Shown here: one piece after another, positions 1 to 8,600 of the stretch
Layout: the number at the start of each line of letters is the position of its first letter
How positions within the stretch are numbered: position 1 is the first letter of the stretch
Notes under the pieces: generated by a model
The model's input: the letters and a program-made list of their open reading frames with translations, nothing else
Told to the model about the DNA's origin: nothing
Database searches by the model: none
Position numbers and translations under genes: made by a program
Source: an uncultured marine group I thaumarchaeote
Lineage (GTDB): Archaea; Thermoproteota; Nitrososphaeria; Nitrososphaerales; Nitrosopumilaceae
Length of the DNA stretch: 43,276 nt
Assembly: GCA_902578515.1 (NCBI GenBank)
Contig: CACHDH010000001.1
Location: 1-43,276 of the forward strand
Direction: 5' to 3'

Positions 1-3
1 AAA

Positions 4-1023
4 ATGAGCAGTAAGTATAACATTTCATTAGTTACAGGTGATGGAATAGGTCCAGAAATATCTGAATCTGCATCTAGTATTTTGGAAACAATTAATGATA
101 ATATGGGTATTCACTTTGAAATAAAAAAACTTGAAGCAGGTGATACAGTTTTGAAGAATACTGGACAGGCATTACCAGATGAAACTTTTGACATGATAAA
201 AAATTCTGATGCATGTTTGAAAGCACCAGTAGGTGAAAGTGCAAAAGACGTAATAGTATATCTAAGACGCATGTTAGATCTTTACGCAAACATAAGACCG
301 GCGAAATCATATCCAAATATGCCATCATTACGAGATGATGTAGATTTAGTAATTGTTAGAGAGAATACTGAGGATTTGTACACTGGTGAAGAATTTGATA
401 TTGGGAATGCATCAGTAGCAATGAGAATTATCTCTGAAAAAGCCTCAAAAAGAATTGCAAATTATGCATTTAAAATTGCTGAGCAAAGGAAAATGAAGAA
501 AGTTACATGTGTACATAAATCTAATGTGATGAAAAAAACTGATGGATTATTTGCTAGGACATGCTCAAAGGTTGCTAGTAACTTTTCTGATATTAAATTT
601 GAAGAGATGTATGTTGATGCCTGTTCTATGAATTTAATTCGACAACCACAGGAATTTGATGTAATTGTTACAACCAATTTGTTTGGTGATATACTTTCCG
701 ATGAATCAGCTCAAGTTGTTGGTGGATTGGGTATGGCACCTGCAGCAAATATTGGAGATGATTTTGGCTTGTTTGAGCCAGTTCATGGTGCAGCATTTGA
801 TATCGCTGGGAAGCAAATTGCAAATCCAACATCATTCATACTATCAATCAAAATGATGTTAGAATGGCTTGGTGGTAAACACAATGACCAAAAATGCATT
901 GATGCTGGACAGAAATTAGAGAGTGTTGTTTATGACGTTGTAAAAAATAATATCAAAACTAAAGATACAGGTGGTGATAAAACCACTATAGAGTTTACTA
1001 AAGAAATTATTTCAAGGCTTTAA
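4..1023 (+). CDS. leuB: Isocitrate/isopropylmalate dehydrogenase family protein (probably 3-isopropylmalate dehydrogenase; homoisocitrate dehydrogenase not excluded)
   Basis: GDGIGPE, LYANIRP, IVRENTEDLY, HKSNV, NLFGDILSD and FEPVHGAAFDIAGK family motifs; substrate specificity not resolvable by eye. Confidence 0.8.
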   Translation: MSSKYNISLVTGDGIGPEISESASSILETINDNMGIHFEIKKLEAGDTVLKNTGQALPDETFDMIKNSDACLKAPVGESAKDVIVYLRRMLDLYANIRPAKSYPNMPSLRDDVDLVIVRENTEDLYTGEEFDIGNASVAMRIISEKASKRIANYAFKIAEQRKMKKVTCVHKSNVMKKTDGLFARTCSKVASNFSDIKFEEMYVDACSMNLIRQPQEFDVIVTTNLFGDILSDESAQVVGGLGMAPAANIGDDFGLFEPVHGAAFDIAGKQIANPTSFILSIKMMLEWLGGKHNDQKCIDAGQKLESVVYDVVKNNIKTKDTGGDKTTIEFTKEIISRL

Positions 1024-2307
1024 TCTTTCTGGGTCTCTTGGATACAAAATAACTTCTCTGACATTATCAATTCCTATAATTATTGTTAACAGTCTTTCCA
1101 GACCTAATCCCCAACCTGCATGTGGTGGCATACCCCAATCAAATGCTTGTAGATGCTCAGAAAACTTTGCAGGATCAAGACCTTGTTCAGCTAATCTATT
1201 TTTGATCTTTTCTGGGTTATGCAGCCTAGTTCCACCTGACGATAATTCAAGATAACCAAATTGTAAATCAAATGACTCAGAAATTTCTGGGTTATCTTGA
1301 TTTTCCATGATATAAAATGGTTTGAGTTTGATTGGCCAATCTGTAAGAAAATAAAACCCAGTGTGATTTTCACCTATTATTCTCAAGTGAGAGTCCAAAA
1401 GGTCGTCACCAAATTCTAGTTTGATATCTTTTTTGTTAAGCTCATCTAGGGCATCAGAATATGTAATTTTTTTAAACGGCCTATCAGGAACTATAATTTG
1501 ATTTCCTATAATTTCTTGTTCATCTTTACAATTTTCAGATACGTGTTTGAATGTGTTGAGAACTAAATCCTCTAAAACATCCATAACGTCAGAATAGTCC
1601 ATGAATGCAGCTTCCATATCAACGCTAGTGAATTCACTTAGATGTCTACCAGTATGTGATTTTTCTGCCCTGTAAAACGATGCTATCTCAAATACACGTT
1701 CTAAGCCGATTGTCATTTGTTCCTTATAGAGCTGTGGGCTTTGTGCCAGGTATGCCTGCTTTCCAAAATAGTCCAAGGAGAATAAATTAGCTCCCCCTTC
1801 ACTTGCACTGCCAATAATTTTTGGTGTAGTAATTTCAGTGAATTTTTTTTCTAAGAATGTTTGCCGTAATGATGCCAATACATGGTGCCTGATTTTAAAG
1901 ATCGAGGCTGTTTTTTGATTTCGCATATCCAGCGCCCTAGAGTTTAATCTATTGTCAATATGACTCTCAAGCCTACCAATAGGATCAATAGGTAGAGGAT
2001 GAACCGCTCTAGCTAACACGTTAATCTCATTAGCTTTAATTTCACACTCAAAATCTCTAGCTTTTGTATCCTGTATTTTACCAGCAACTCTAACAACACT
2101 TTGCCTTGTGATATCATCAATCGACTTTATCACATCGTCAGTAAGGATAATTTGAGTAATACCCGTGGCATCGCGTAAAGTAAGGAATGTCATTTTACCC
2201 ATTTTTCTTAAATCTTCTACCCATCCACCTAGAATTACTTCTTGACCTATCATGTCCTTGTTGATATTTTCAATATAGTGTGATCGGTTAGACTTCATCG
2301 AAATCAT
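1012..2307 (-). CDS. aspS: Aspartate--tRNA(Asp/Asn) ligase, archaeal type
   Basis: N-terminal OB fold (GWVEDLR), LAQSPQLYK, motif 2 FYRAEKSHTGRHLSEF, motif 3 PPHAGWGLGLERL. Confidence 0.97.
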   Translation of the reverse strand: MISMKSNRSHYIENINKDMIGQEVILGGWVEDLRKMGKMTFLTLRDATGITQIILTDDVIKSIDDITRQSVVRVAGKIQDTKARDFECEIKANEINVLARAVHPLPIDPIGRLESHIDNRLNSRALDMRNQKTASIFKIRHHVLASLRQTFLEKKFTEITTPKIIGSASEGGANLFSLDYFGKQAYLAQSPQLYKEQMTIGLERVFEIASFYRAEKSHTGRHLSEFTSVDMEAAFMDYSDVMDVLEDLVLNTFKHVSENCKDEQEIIGNQIIVPDRPFKKITYSDALDELNKKDIKLEFGDDLLDSHLRIIGENHTGFYFLTDWPIKLKPFYIMENQDNPEISESFDLQFGYLELSSGGTRLHNPEKIKNRLAEQGLDPAKFSEHLQAFDWGMPPHAGWGLGLERLLTIIIGIDNVREVILYPRDPERLKP

Positions 2308-2375
2308 CTTGAATGGTGATCCATTGAATATATCCTTTCTTGAAAAAATAAAATGTAGTATGGAATATCATCATC

Positions 2376-3312
2376 ATGCCAGATATTGAGATATCAGATC
2401 TTTCCGTTAATTACAAAACCTCTGATAAAACAGTTCACGCATTAGAAAACGTTGAATTTGAATTGGAAGACGGCGAATCAATTGGCATCGCTGGCGAGAG
2501 TGCATGTGGAAAGAGTACATTGGGTCTAACGATCATAAGAATGCTACAGGGTGGGGAAATTAGTTCAGGTAAAATTTTGTTCAATAACGACTCGATATTG
2601 GACATGCCCAAATCTAAATTTGATGGGAAAATACGTTGGAAAGAAATTTCAATGGTATTTCAAGGAGCTATGAATTCATTAGATCCCGTTTTTACGATCA
2701 GGCAACAATTTGATGAATTACTCAAACAACATGGTTTTGATGATAACATGGAACAAATCATTGATGATGCTATACACGCTGTAAATTTAGATCATTCTGT
2801 TCTGGATAAATATCCACATGAACTTAGTGGCGGAATGAAACAGCGAATCGTTATTGCGATGGCATTGCTACTAAAACCAAAATTTGTTATAGCAGATGAA
2901 CCAACAACAGCGCTAGACGTTCTGATTCAAGCACAGATTATCAATCTGTTAAAAAATTTAAAGAAAAATGGTATGTCACTCATGTTAATTTCGCATGATC
3001 TTGCAATATTATCAGAAGTTGCAGAGAAGATTGGTATTATGTATGGCGGAAAGATGGTTGAGTTTGGTTCATCTTCAGAAATCTACAGCAACCCTAAACA
3101 TCCATACACTAAGGGCTTACTGGATTCAATTCCAACTTTACGTCAAGAAAAAAAAATAGAATTCATACCAGGAAGTCCACCTGATTTATCTGCACCACAG
3201 ATTGGATGTAGATTTTTTTAATAGATGTCCTGAAGCAATGGATAAATGTAAAACAATTCCACCAAAAATAAAAACAAAATCTGGTTATGTTTTATGTTGG
3301 CTTTATGAATAA
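2376..3312 (+). CDS. Oligopeptide/dipeptide ABC transporter ATP-binding subunit (OppD/DppD), apparent +1 frameshift at T7 run 3213-3219
   Basis: Walker A GESACGKS, LSGGMKQR, ADEPTTALD, HPYT; removing one T gives GCRFFNRCPEAMDKC...VLCWLYE* to 3312, the Cys-rich OppD C-terminal domain. Confidence 0.92.
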
Positions 3313-3335
3313 TGATAATAGAATTATTAATTTTG

Positions 3336-3425
3336 TCATTTTGATTTTTCTTCACAGTCATCAGAACAATACTTAGATTCTGGTCTTGTCACCAATCTGC
3401 CACATTGTGTGCATGTAGAATACAT
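3336..3425 (-). CDS. 29-aa zinc-finger microprotein MYSTCTQCGRLVTRPESKYCSDDCEEKSK
   Basis: Read manually; CxxCG...YCSxxC pattern, fills an intergenic gap; alternative in-frame ATG at 3431. Confidence 0.7.
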   Translation of the reverse strand: MYSTCTQCGRLVTRPESKYCSDDCEEKSK

Positions 3426-3526
3426 GATCATAATATAGCACAATCATTGAAAAGTCTATTCTGATCGCTTGTGATGACTAGTAATTATTTTTTTAGAGTT
3501 AAATAAAACGAAATATTGATCGACAT

Positions 3527-4168
3527 GTGGACCTTTGGGAATTGTTTCCTTTTACTCCCGAAGTTGGTTATCTTGGTTTAACCATTGTGAGCTTCATTGG
3601 TTCACTTATACCATTTGTTCCAATACCATCATTCATTTTGGTTGCTACAATGGCAGTAGGTGATCAGTTTGACATTCACGCATTAGCATTGATTGCTGCA
3701 ATTACTTCAACAGTAGCTAAACAAATAATATTTTACGTCAGTTATGGAGGACGGAAAATAATTTCTGAAAAAACTAAAAAACGAATGAAACCATTTCAGA
3801 AATTAGTTAAACGATACGGTGGTTCAGCTGCATTTGTTGCTGCTGCAACTCCCATACCTGACGATTTGGTTTACATTCCATTGGGATTAGCGAAGTACAA
3901 TCCAAAAAGATTTTTCATTGCAACATTATTAGGAAAACTTGTTTTGTTTTATGTAATCGTATTAATTTCACATTATATGGGACTGTCACTTTTAGAACCT
4001 ATATTACAAGATATTGAGGACCCAATGCCAGTTTATGTTGGTATAGTTGTTTTTGCTATAGCAATGTCAGTCATCATAATTCTTTTACTTAGATTAAACT
4101 GGGAAAAAATACTTGGTAGAGTTGCACCGTGGACACTAGATGATGACTACAATGAAAATCATAAATGA
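3527..4168 (+). CDS. VTT/DedA (SNARE-associated, YqaA-like) membrane protein
   Basis: IPFVPIP, KRYG..AAFVAAATPIPDD, GLAKYNPKRFFIATLLGK; multiple TM segments. Confidence 0.85.
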   Translation: MDLWELFPFTPEVGYLGLTIVSFIGSLIPFVPIPSFILVATMAVGDQFDIHALALIAAITSTVAKQIIFYVSYGGRKIISEKTKKRMKPFQKLVKRYGGSAAFVAAATPIPDDLVYIPLGLAKYNPKRFFIATLLGKLVLFYVIVLISHYMGLSLLEPILQDIEDPMPVYVGIVVFAIAMSVIIILLLRLNWEKILGRVAPWTLDDDYNENHK

Positions 4169-4722
4169 TTGTTAATACTAAAATTCCAAAGTTTATCAGT
4201 ACCTTCTTTTATTCCTACTCTAGGTTTTGCAATAATTTTTGTTGGTTTTTTTCCATCGAGAATAAACAGTGATTTACTACTTGTTAAATCCAAATTATAC
4301 TGTTTTAATGTAATTTGCATTGCTTGAGCCAGTTTTCCCGGTCCATTTGTTAAATTTGCTATAACATCAGTTTTTCGATTTTTTATCATTAGTTGAATTC
4401 CCTGTTGTGGTTGAATAGCGCGTATTAGAACAGCCCCAGATTTATCACTCTCTTTTTTTGCAACAACATTGAAACAATAATGCATGCCATATGTGAAGTA
4501 AACATATGCATGTCCTGCTTCACCAAACATTATTTTATTTCGTTCCGTTTTTTTTCTTGCCGCATGACTAGCTGGATCATTTCTACCTTTGTATGCCTCA
4601 GTTTCTACTATGACACCAGATAATATTCTACCTCCAATTTTTCTTACTAATTTTTTCCCGAGTAGATCTTTTGCAACCTGTTTAGTATCATTTACATAGA
4701 ATTTTCTTGGTAAAGCATTCAT
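4159..4722 (-). CDS. mpg: DNA-3-methyladenine glycosylase (AAG/MPG family)
   Basis: AKDLLGK, IVETEAYKG.NDPASH, YVYFTYGMHYCFN, AVLIRA, NGPGKL, PRVGI; ATG 4722 preferred because it follows the udg stop. Confidence 0.95.
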   Translation of the reverse strand: MNALPRKFYVNDTKQVAKDLLGKKLVRKIGGRILSGVIVETEAYKGRNDPASHAARKKTERNKIMFGEAGHAYVYFTYGMHYCFNVVAKKESDKSGAVLIRAIQPQQGIQLMIKNRKTDVIANLTNGPGKLAQAMQITLKQYNLDLTSSKSLFILDGKKPTKIIAKPRVGIKEGTDKLWNFSINNHL

Positions 4723-4723
4723 T

Positions 4724-5295
4724 CTAATTCTTATTTTTGATTTTTTGCAATTCATTAACTAGTTTTTTTGATATCATTTTTGAAAACATCCAGAAGTTTT
4801 TGATTATAAATCGTTGCTGCGGGGTGGAATGTAATAAAGTATACACGATTATTTTTGTATACAATTTGTCCATGATTTTTTGAAATTTCTTTCCCGCCCA
4901 AAATTGAATAAAATGATGTGTTTCCAAGAAGACAGATTATTTTTTGGATTAATTATCTCAAGTTCTTCCTCTAGATAATCATTACACATTGATTTTTCAA
5001 TATCATTTGGGACTCTATTATTAGGAGGCCTACATTTTACGATATTTGTAATATACACATTGTTTCTTGTTAATCCAGCATTTTCTAATGCATTATCAAG
5101 TATTTTTCCTGCTGTTCCAATAAATGGCTCGCCATGTATGTCTTCATTCTTACCTGGAGCCTCGCCAATAAAAACAACATCAGCATTTTTATCGCCAATT
5201 CCAGGAACTGCATTATTTCTAGTATTACACAATTCACATTTTTTACATATTTTAATATCCTGTTGAATTATTTCAAGCGATGATGGTTCCTTCAT
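4724..5295 (-). CDS. udg: Family-4 uracil-DNA glycosylase, interrupted by two apparent +1 homopolymer frameshifts (4940-4945, 4763-4769)
   Basis: CKKCELC Fe-S motif, GEAPGKNE, PFIG.AG, NIVKCRPPNNR; shifted frame gives PKIICLLGN...TFHPAATIYN; second shift gives KKLVNELQKIKNKN*. Confidence 0.9.
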
Positions 5296-5379
5296 AACTT
5301 TAGTCTCTAACCCTTCTTGATTAATTTTACAGAATTGATCAAACAAAACCATTTAGATATCTACTTTGATGCATAAATT

Positions 5380-5610
5380 ATGGGATTACTACATACGTTA
5401 CATTACCTTGATTTTTCTGAGGATTCTTGGAAAATCATATCCAATAACCCTGCTATTTTTGAGGCTATAGATGATAATGTAGTTCTGAATATACGTGATA
5501 TATCACACAAGGAACACAGATTAGCATTCAAAAAAGGGGGCAGGGTAGAATACATACGTTCTGTGGGAAAATACAGATTGAGATGGGATGATAAGGATCT
5601 AACGAACTAA
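5380..5610 (+). CDS. Hypothetical protein (76 aa)
   Basis: ATG ORF filling gap between convergent/divergent neighbours, normal composition. Confidence 0.75.
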   Translation: MGLLHTLHYLDFSEDSWKIISNNPAIFEAIDDNVVLNIRDISHKEHRLAFKKGGRVEYIRSVGKYRLRWDDKDLTN

Positions 5611-5613
5611 TTT

Positions 5614-6273
5614 TTATCCTATAAACTTGAACTCGATTTTTTCTACCAAGTCATTTTGAACAGCGGTTATTGTGTATGAACCACTATCTTCCCATCCGCC
5701 GCCACCAGCTATAAGCAGTGTTGAAAAATTACCACCTACTTTTGGTTCGACTTGCTCTTTCCATATTTTTATGCCGTCATTATTTTCTATTGTTAATGTG
5801 ATTGCCTGACGATCTGATATTGCATCACCTGAGATTGAGATTATATCAGCAATTTGATACTGTTTTTGGTCAAGAGTGAGTAATAATGGATTGTTAGTGG
5901 TTGAGCTGATAGAAGAATCACTTTGGGTACCTGCTGTAAATCCTACAATAACTATTATAGCAATTGCAGCAGCCGCACCACCAAGAATTCCCATTTTTTT
6001 ATTAGATGAAAAATTAAATGAAAAGTTGCTTTGTGAATCTGAATCTTTCTTTTTTGATTTTGTTTCTAATTTAATCCTAGTACCAGATTTTTCAGTAGAT
6101 GAACTCTCCAACGATTTGTTAGTTAGATGTGTATCAATTAGTGATTGAACATATTCTTTGTCTTCAGTAGTTATGAAATTATCATGTCTAATTGTATTTC
6201 TAATCTCCCTAAGTTTTTTTACGTCACCATGGTGATATCTTATTAAATCATCAAGGTCTGTTAAGAATGTCAA
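5614..6273 (-). CDS. Single-pass membrane protein with C-terminal Ig-like domain
   Basis: TM GILGGAAAAIAIIVIVGF; C-terminal LTLDQKQY..ADIISISG...GNFST...SGSYTITA beta-sandwich pattern. Confidence 0.8.
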   Translation of the reverse strand: MTFLTDLDDLIRYHHGDVKKLREIRNTIRHDNFITTEDKEYVQSLIDTHLTNKSLESSSTEKSGTRIKLETKSKKKDSDSQSNFSFNFSSNKKMGILGGAAAAIAIIVIVGFTAGTQSDSSISSTTNNPLLLTLDQKQYQIADIISISGDAISDRQAITLTIENNDGIKIWKEQVEPKVGGNFSTLLIAGGGGWEDSGSYTITAVQNDLVEKIEFKFIG

Positions 6274-6344
6274 TAAATCACCATATTTTCTCCATCTAAT
6301 TAAAATTCGCTATTGATTTTTCGTCCATCATAACGCAAAACTAT

Positions 6345-6815
6345 TTACCCTTTGAATTCACGAAATTGTCTAATAATTTTTGGATTTGATTTTAGAAATG
6401 TGATGTATTTTCTTAACTGCCTAATTGTTTTTGGGTTTAAGTGATGTTCTAATCCTTCAGTATCCTGATTTGCAATTTCTTGCCCAATATTTAGAATTTC
6501 AAAAAATTCTAAAAGTATACTATGCTTTCTTCTAATTGAATCAGCAACTTGTCTTCCATTGTTGGTCAAATTAATTCCATGATATTTTTCATATTCAATG
6601 TATTTTTTTTCATCCAATTTTTGAAGCATCTTGGTAACACTCGGTGGACTGACATTCATATATCTAGAAATATCTAATGTGGTTGCATATCCTTTTAGTT
6701 CTACTAATTCTGCAATTACTTCCAGATAATCTTCTTCCCTTGTTGTACTTGATACTTTTCTGGTTTTATGTGCAGCTTTGATTGATTCTAGTCTCTTGCT
6801 ATTTTTTTGCAACAT
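6345..6815 (-). CDS. mntR: DtxR/MntR-family metal-dependent transcriptional regulator
   Basis: EDYLEVI, VSPPSVTKMLQKL HTH, RRKH..L.EFF, EGLEHHL metal site. Confidence 0.93.
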   Translation of the reverse strand: MLQKNSKRLESIKAAHKTRKVSSTTREEDYLEVIAELVELKGYATTLDISRYMNVSPPSVTKMLQKLDEKKYIEYEKYHGINLTNNGRQVADSIRRKHSILLEFFEILNIGQEIANQDTEGLEHHLNPKTIRQLRKYITFLKSNPKIIRQFREFKG

Positions 6816-6820
6816 AGATT

Positions 6821-6846
6821 ACTAAATTATTCTAGTATAATTTAGT
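6821..6846. promoter_or_regulatory. 26-bp near-perfect palindrome, probable MntR operator overlapping the mntR promoter
   Basis: ACTAAATTAT-tctagt-ATAATTTAGT: perfect 10-bp arms, 5 nt upstream of the mntR ATG. Confidence 0.65.
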
Positions 6847-6956
6847 GTCTTTGTTTAATACCAATATTGCCTATCAGTCATGCATGTAATAGTTTTTGAC
6901 TTATGATTGACAGAACTTTACATCGATATTTATGTAATTTTCTTCCATTATCAAAT

Positions 6957-7307
6957 ATGAAGGATTCATTTCAGGAGCGTATTGAAAAATTGAAAATCAT
7001 GCGTGAGTCAGCCAAGCGACGTAATGAAATGTACTCAGATCTTTTGAAATTCGATGATAAGAATACTAGACGATCATTGAGTGCATTAACTAAAGCACCA
7101 GCACCAGGTAAAAAAATTTCAAAAATTGGTTTTATTATGCTATGGATTCCGGAACCAACTGGTATTACGTGTGCAGTTGGTGGTCCAATGATATTAGCTG
7201 GTAGGTATCTTGACAAAGTTTACAATGGAGCAAAGATATCAGACGTTCATAACCATACAAAGGATTCATTTTCTACTATTCATGACTTCAAAGATTCTGT
7301 AGTGTGA
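6957..7307 (+). CDS. Hypothetical protein with hydrophobic hairpin
   Basis: IGFIMLWIPEPTGITCAVGGPMILAG; ATG 6957 more plausible than 6903. Confidence 0.75.
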   Translation: MKDSFQERIEKLKIMRESAKRRNEMYSDLLKFDDKNTRRSLSALTKAPAPGKKISKIGFIMLWIPEPTGITCAVGGPMILAGRYLDKVYNGAKISDVHNHTKDSFSTIHDFKDSVV

Positions 7308-7346
7308 CATCTTTTAGTTTTTAAGCGGATTGTATCATTCTAATTC

Positions 7347-7841
7347 ATGCCAACAAGAACACAAGTTTTGATTCCTATCGCAATTGCTGCGATAATTATT
7401 GGGGTAGTAGGTATGCTCACACTCCCAAGTGATGTTAAGCTAGAATCTGTTGAATTTCCTCGTGGTACAATTAAACTTGATGATAAAACATTGGAAGTAC
7501 AAATTGCTGATACTGATTCATTGAGAGCCAGAGGTTTAATGTTTCAAAATGAGCTTTCATATAATGAAGGAATGTTGTTTGTTTTTGATGGACCTGATAC
7601 ACGTCCAATGTGGATGTTAAACATGCAATTTAATCTAGACGTAATTTGGTTTGATGATGATGCTAATGTGGTAGCAATTGAGAAAGATGTTCCACCATGT
7701 AGGACAACTGTGGAAGTTGTTGCGTGTAGGGAAAATGGAGTTTCAGGTGATAATGCCAAGTATGTATTAGAGGTTACTGCCGGATTTGTAGACAAATTCA
7801 ATATAACAGAAAATTCCAAAATGGAAATAATATCGATATAA
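7347..7841 (+). CDS. DUF192 family exported protein
   Basis: N-terminal TM; EVQIADT...RARGLMF, GMLFVF, MWMLNM.F.LD, YVLEV.AG. Confidence 0.92.
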   Translation: MPTRTQVLIPIAIAAIIIGVVGMLTLPSDVKLESVEFPRGTIKLDDKTLEVQIADTDSLRARGLMFQNELSYNEGMLFVFDGPDTRPMWMLNMQFNLDVIWFDDDANVVAIEKDVPPCRTTVEVVACRENGVSGDNAKYVLEVTAGFVDKFNITENSKMEIISI

Positions 7842-7842
7842 C

Positions 7843-8598
7843 ATGATTGAAGAACTTTGGTTAATCCCGCTTGGATTTGCTGCGGGAATATTAGGATCAA
7901 TAATTGGCTTGGGTGGAGGAATAATCATCGTCCCAGTGTTAACATTTATGGGATTTTCTCCCACACTTGCTGTAAGTAATAGCCTATTTGCAGTGTTTAG
8001 CAATTCTGTCGCGTCAACAACCATGTATGCTAGACAAAAACGTATAGAACTTTCACTTGGCTGGAAACTTGGTTTAATGGCCGTTCCCGGTACCATACTT
8101 GGTGCATTCATATCTTCTGATATCGCTCCAGATATCTTCAAAATCTTGTTTGCACTAGTTCTCATTTCTTCTGCATCATACATATTTCTCAAAAGAAAGA
8201 TTGAGGAAAAACCTGTAGATGTATCTAACATCTTGCTTGTTTTCTCAGCAGGCGCAAGTTTCTTTGCGGGAATAATATCAAGCCTATTTGGTATTGGTGG
8301 CGGTCTAATCTTCGTACCATTGATGGTAGTTGCGCTTGGAATATCAATGAAGCGTGCAGCACCAACGTCACAGTTCATCCTAATGTTCGCATCTTTCTCT
8401 GGATTGATTGTACATTCCATGCTAGGGCATCCTGACTACTATCAGGCATTGTTGCTGTCTATTGGTGCATTTGCTGGAGGAATTTTAGGTGCAAGATTGT
8501 CACTTGAGATAAAGGAAAATAAACTGAAGATTTTAGTAATCATTGTGCTTATTGCTGCAGCAATTAAACTGATTATAGATTCTACAGGTGTTTTTTAA
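7843..8598 (+). CDS. Sulfite exporter TauE/SafE family membrane protein
   Basis: Duplicated G(L/I)GGG..(I/F)VP motifs, about 8 TM segments. Confidence 0.92.
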   Translation: MIEELWLIPLGFAAGILGSIIGLGGGIIIVPVLTFMGFSPTLAVSNSLFAVFSNSVASTTMYARQKRIELSLGWKLGLMAVPGTILGAFISSDIAPDIFKILFALVLISSASYIFLKRKIEEKPVDVSNILLVFSAGASFFAGIISSLFGIGGGLIFVPLMVVALGISMKRAAPTSQFILMFASFSGLIVHSMLGHPDYYQALLLSIGAFAGGILGARLSLEIKENKLKILVIIVLIAAAIKLIIDSTGVF

Positions 8599-8600
8599 TA

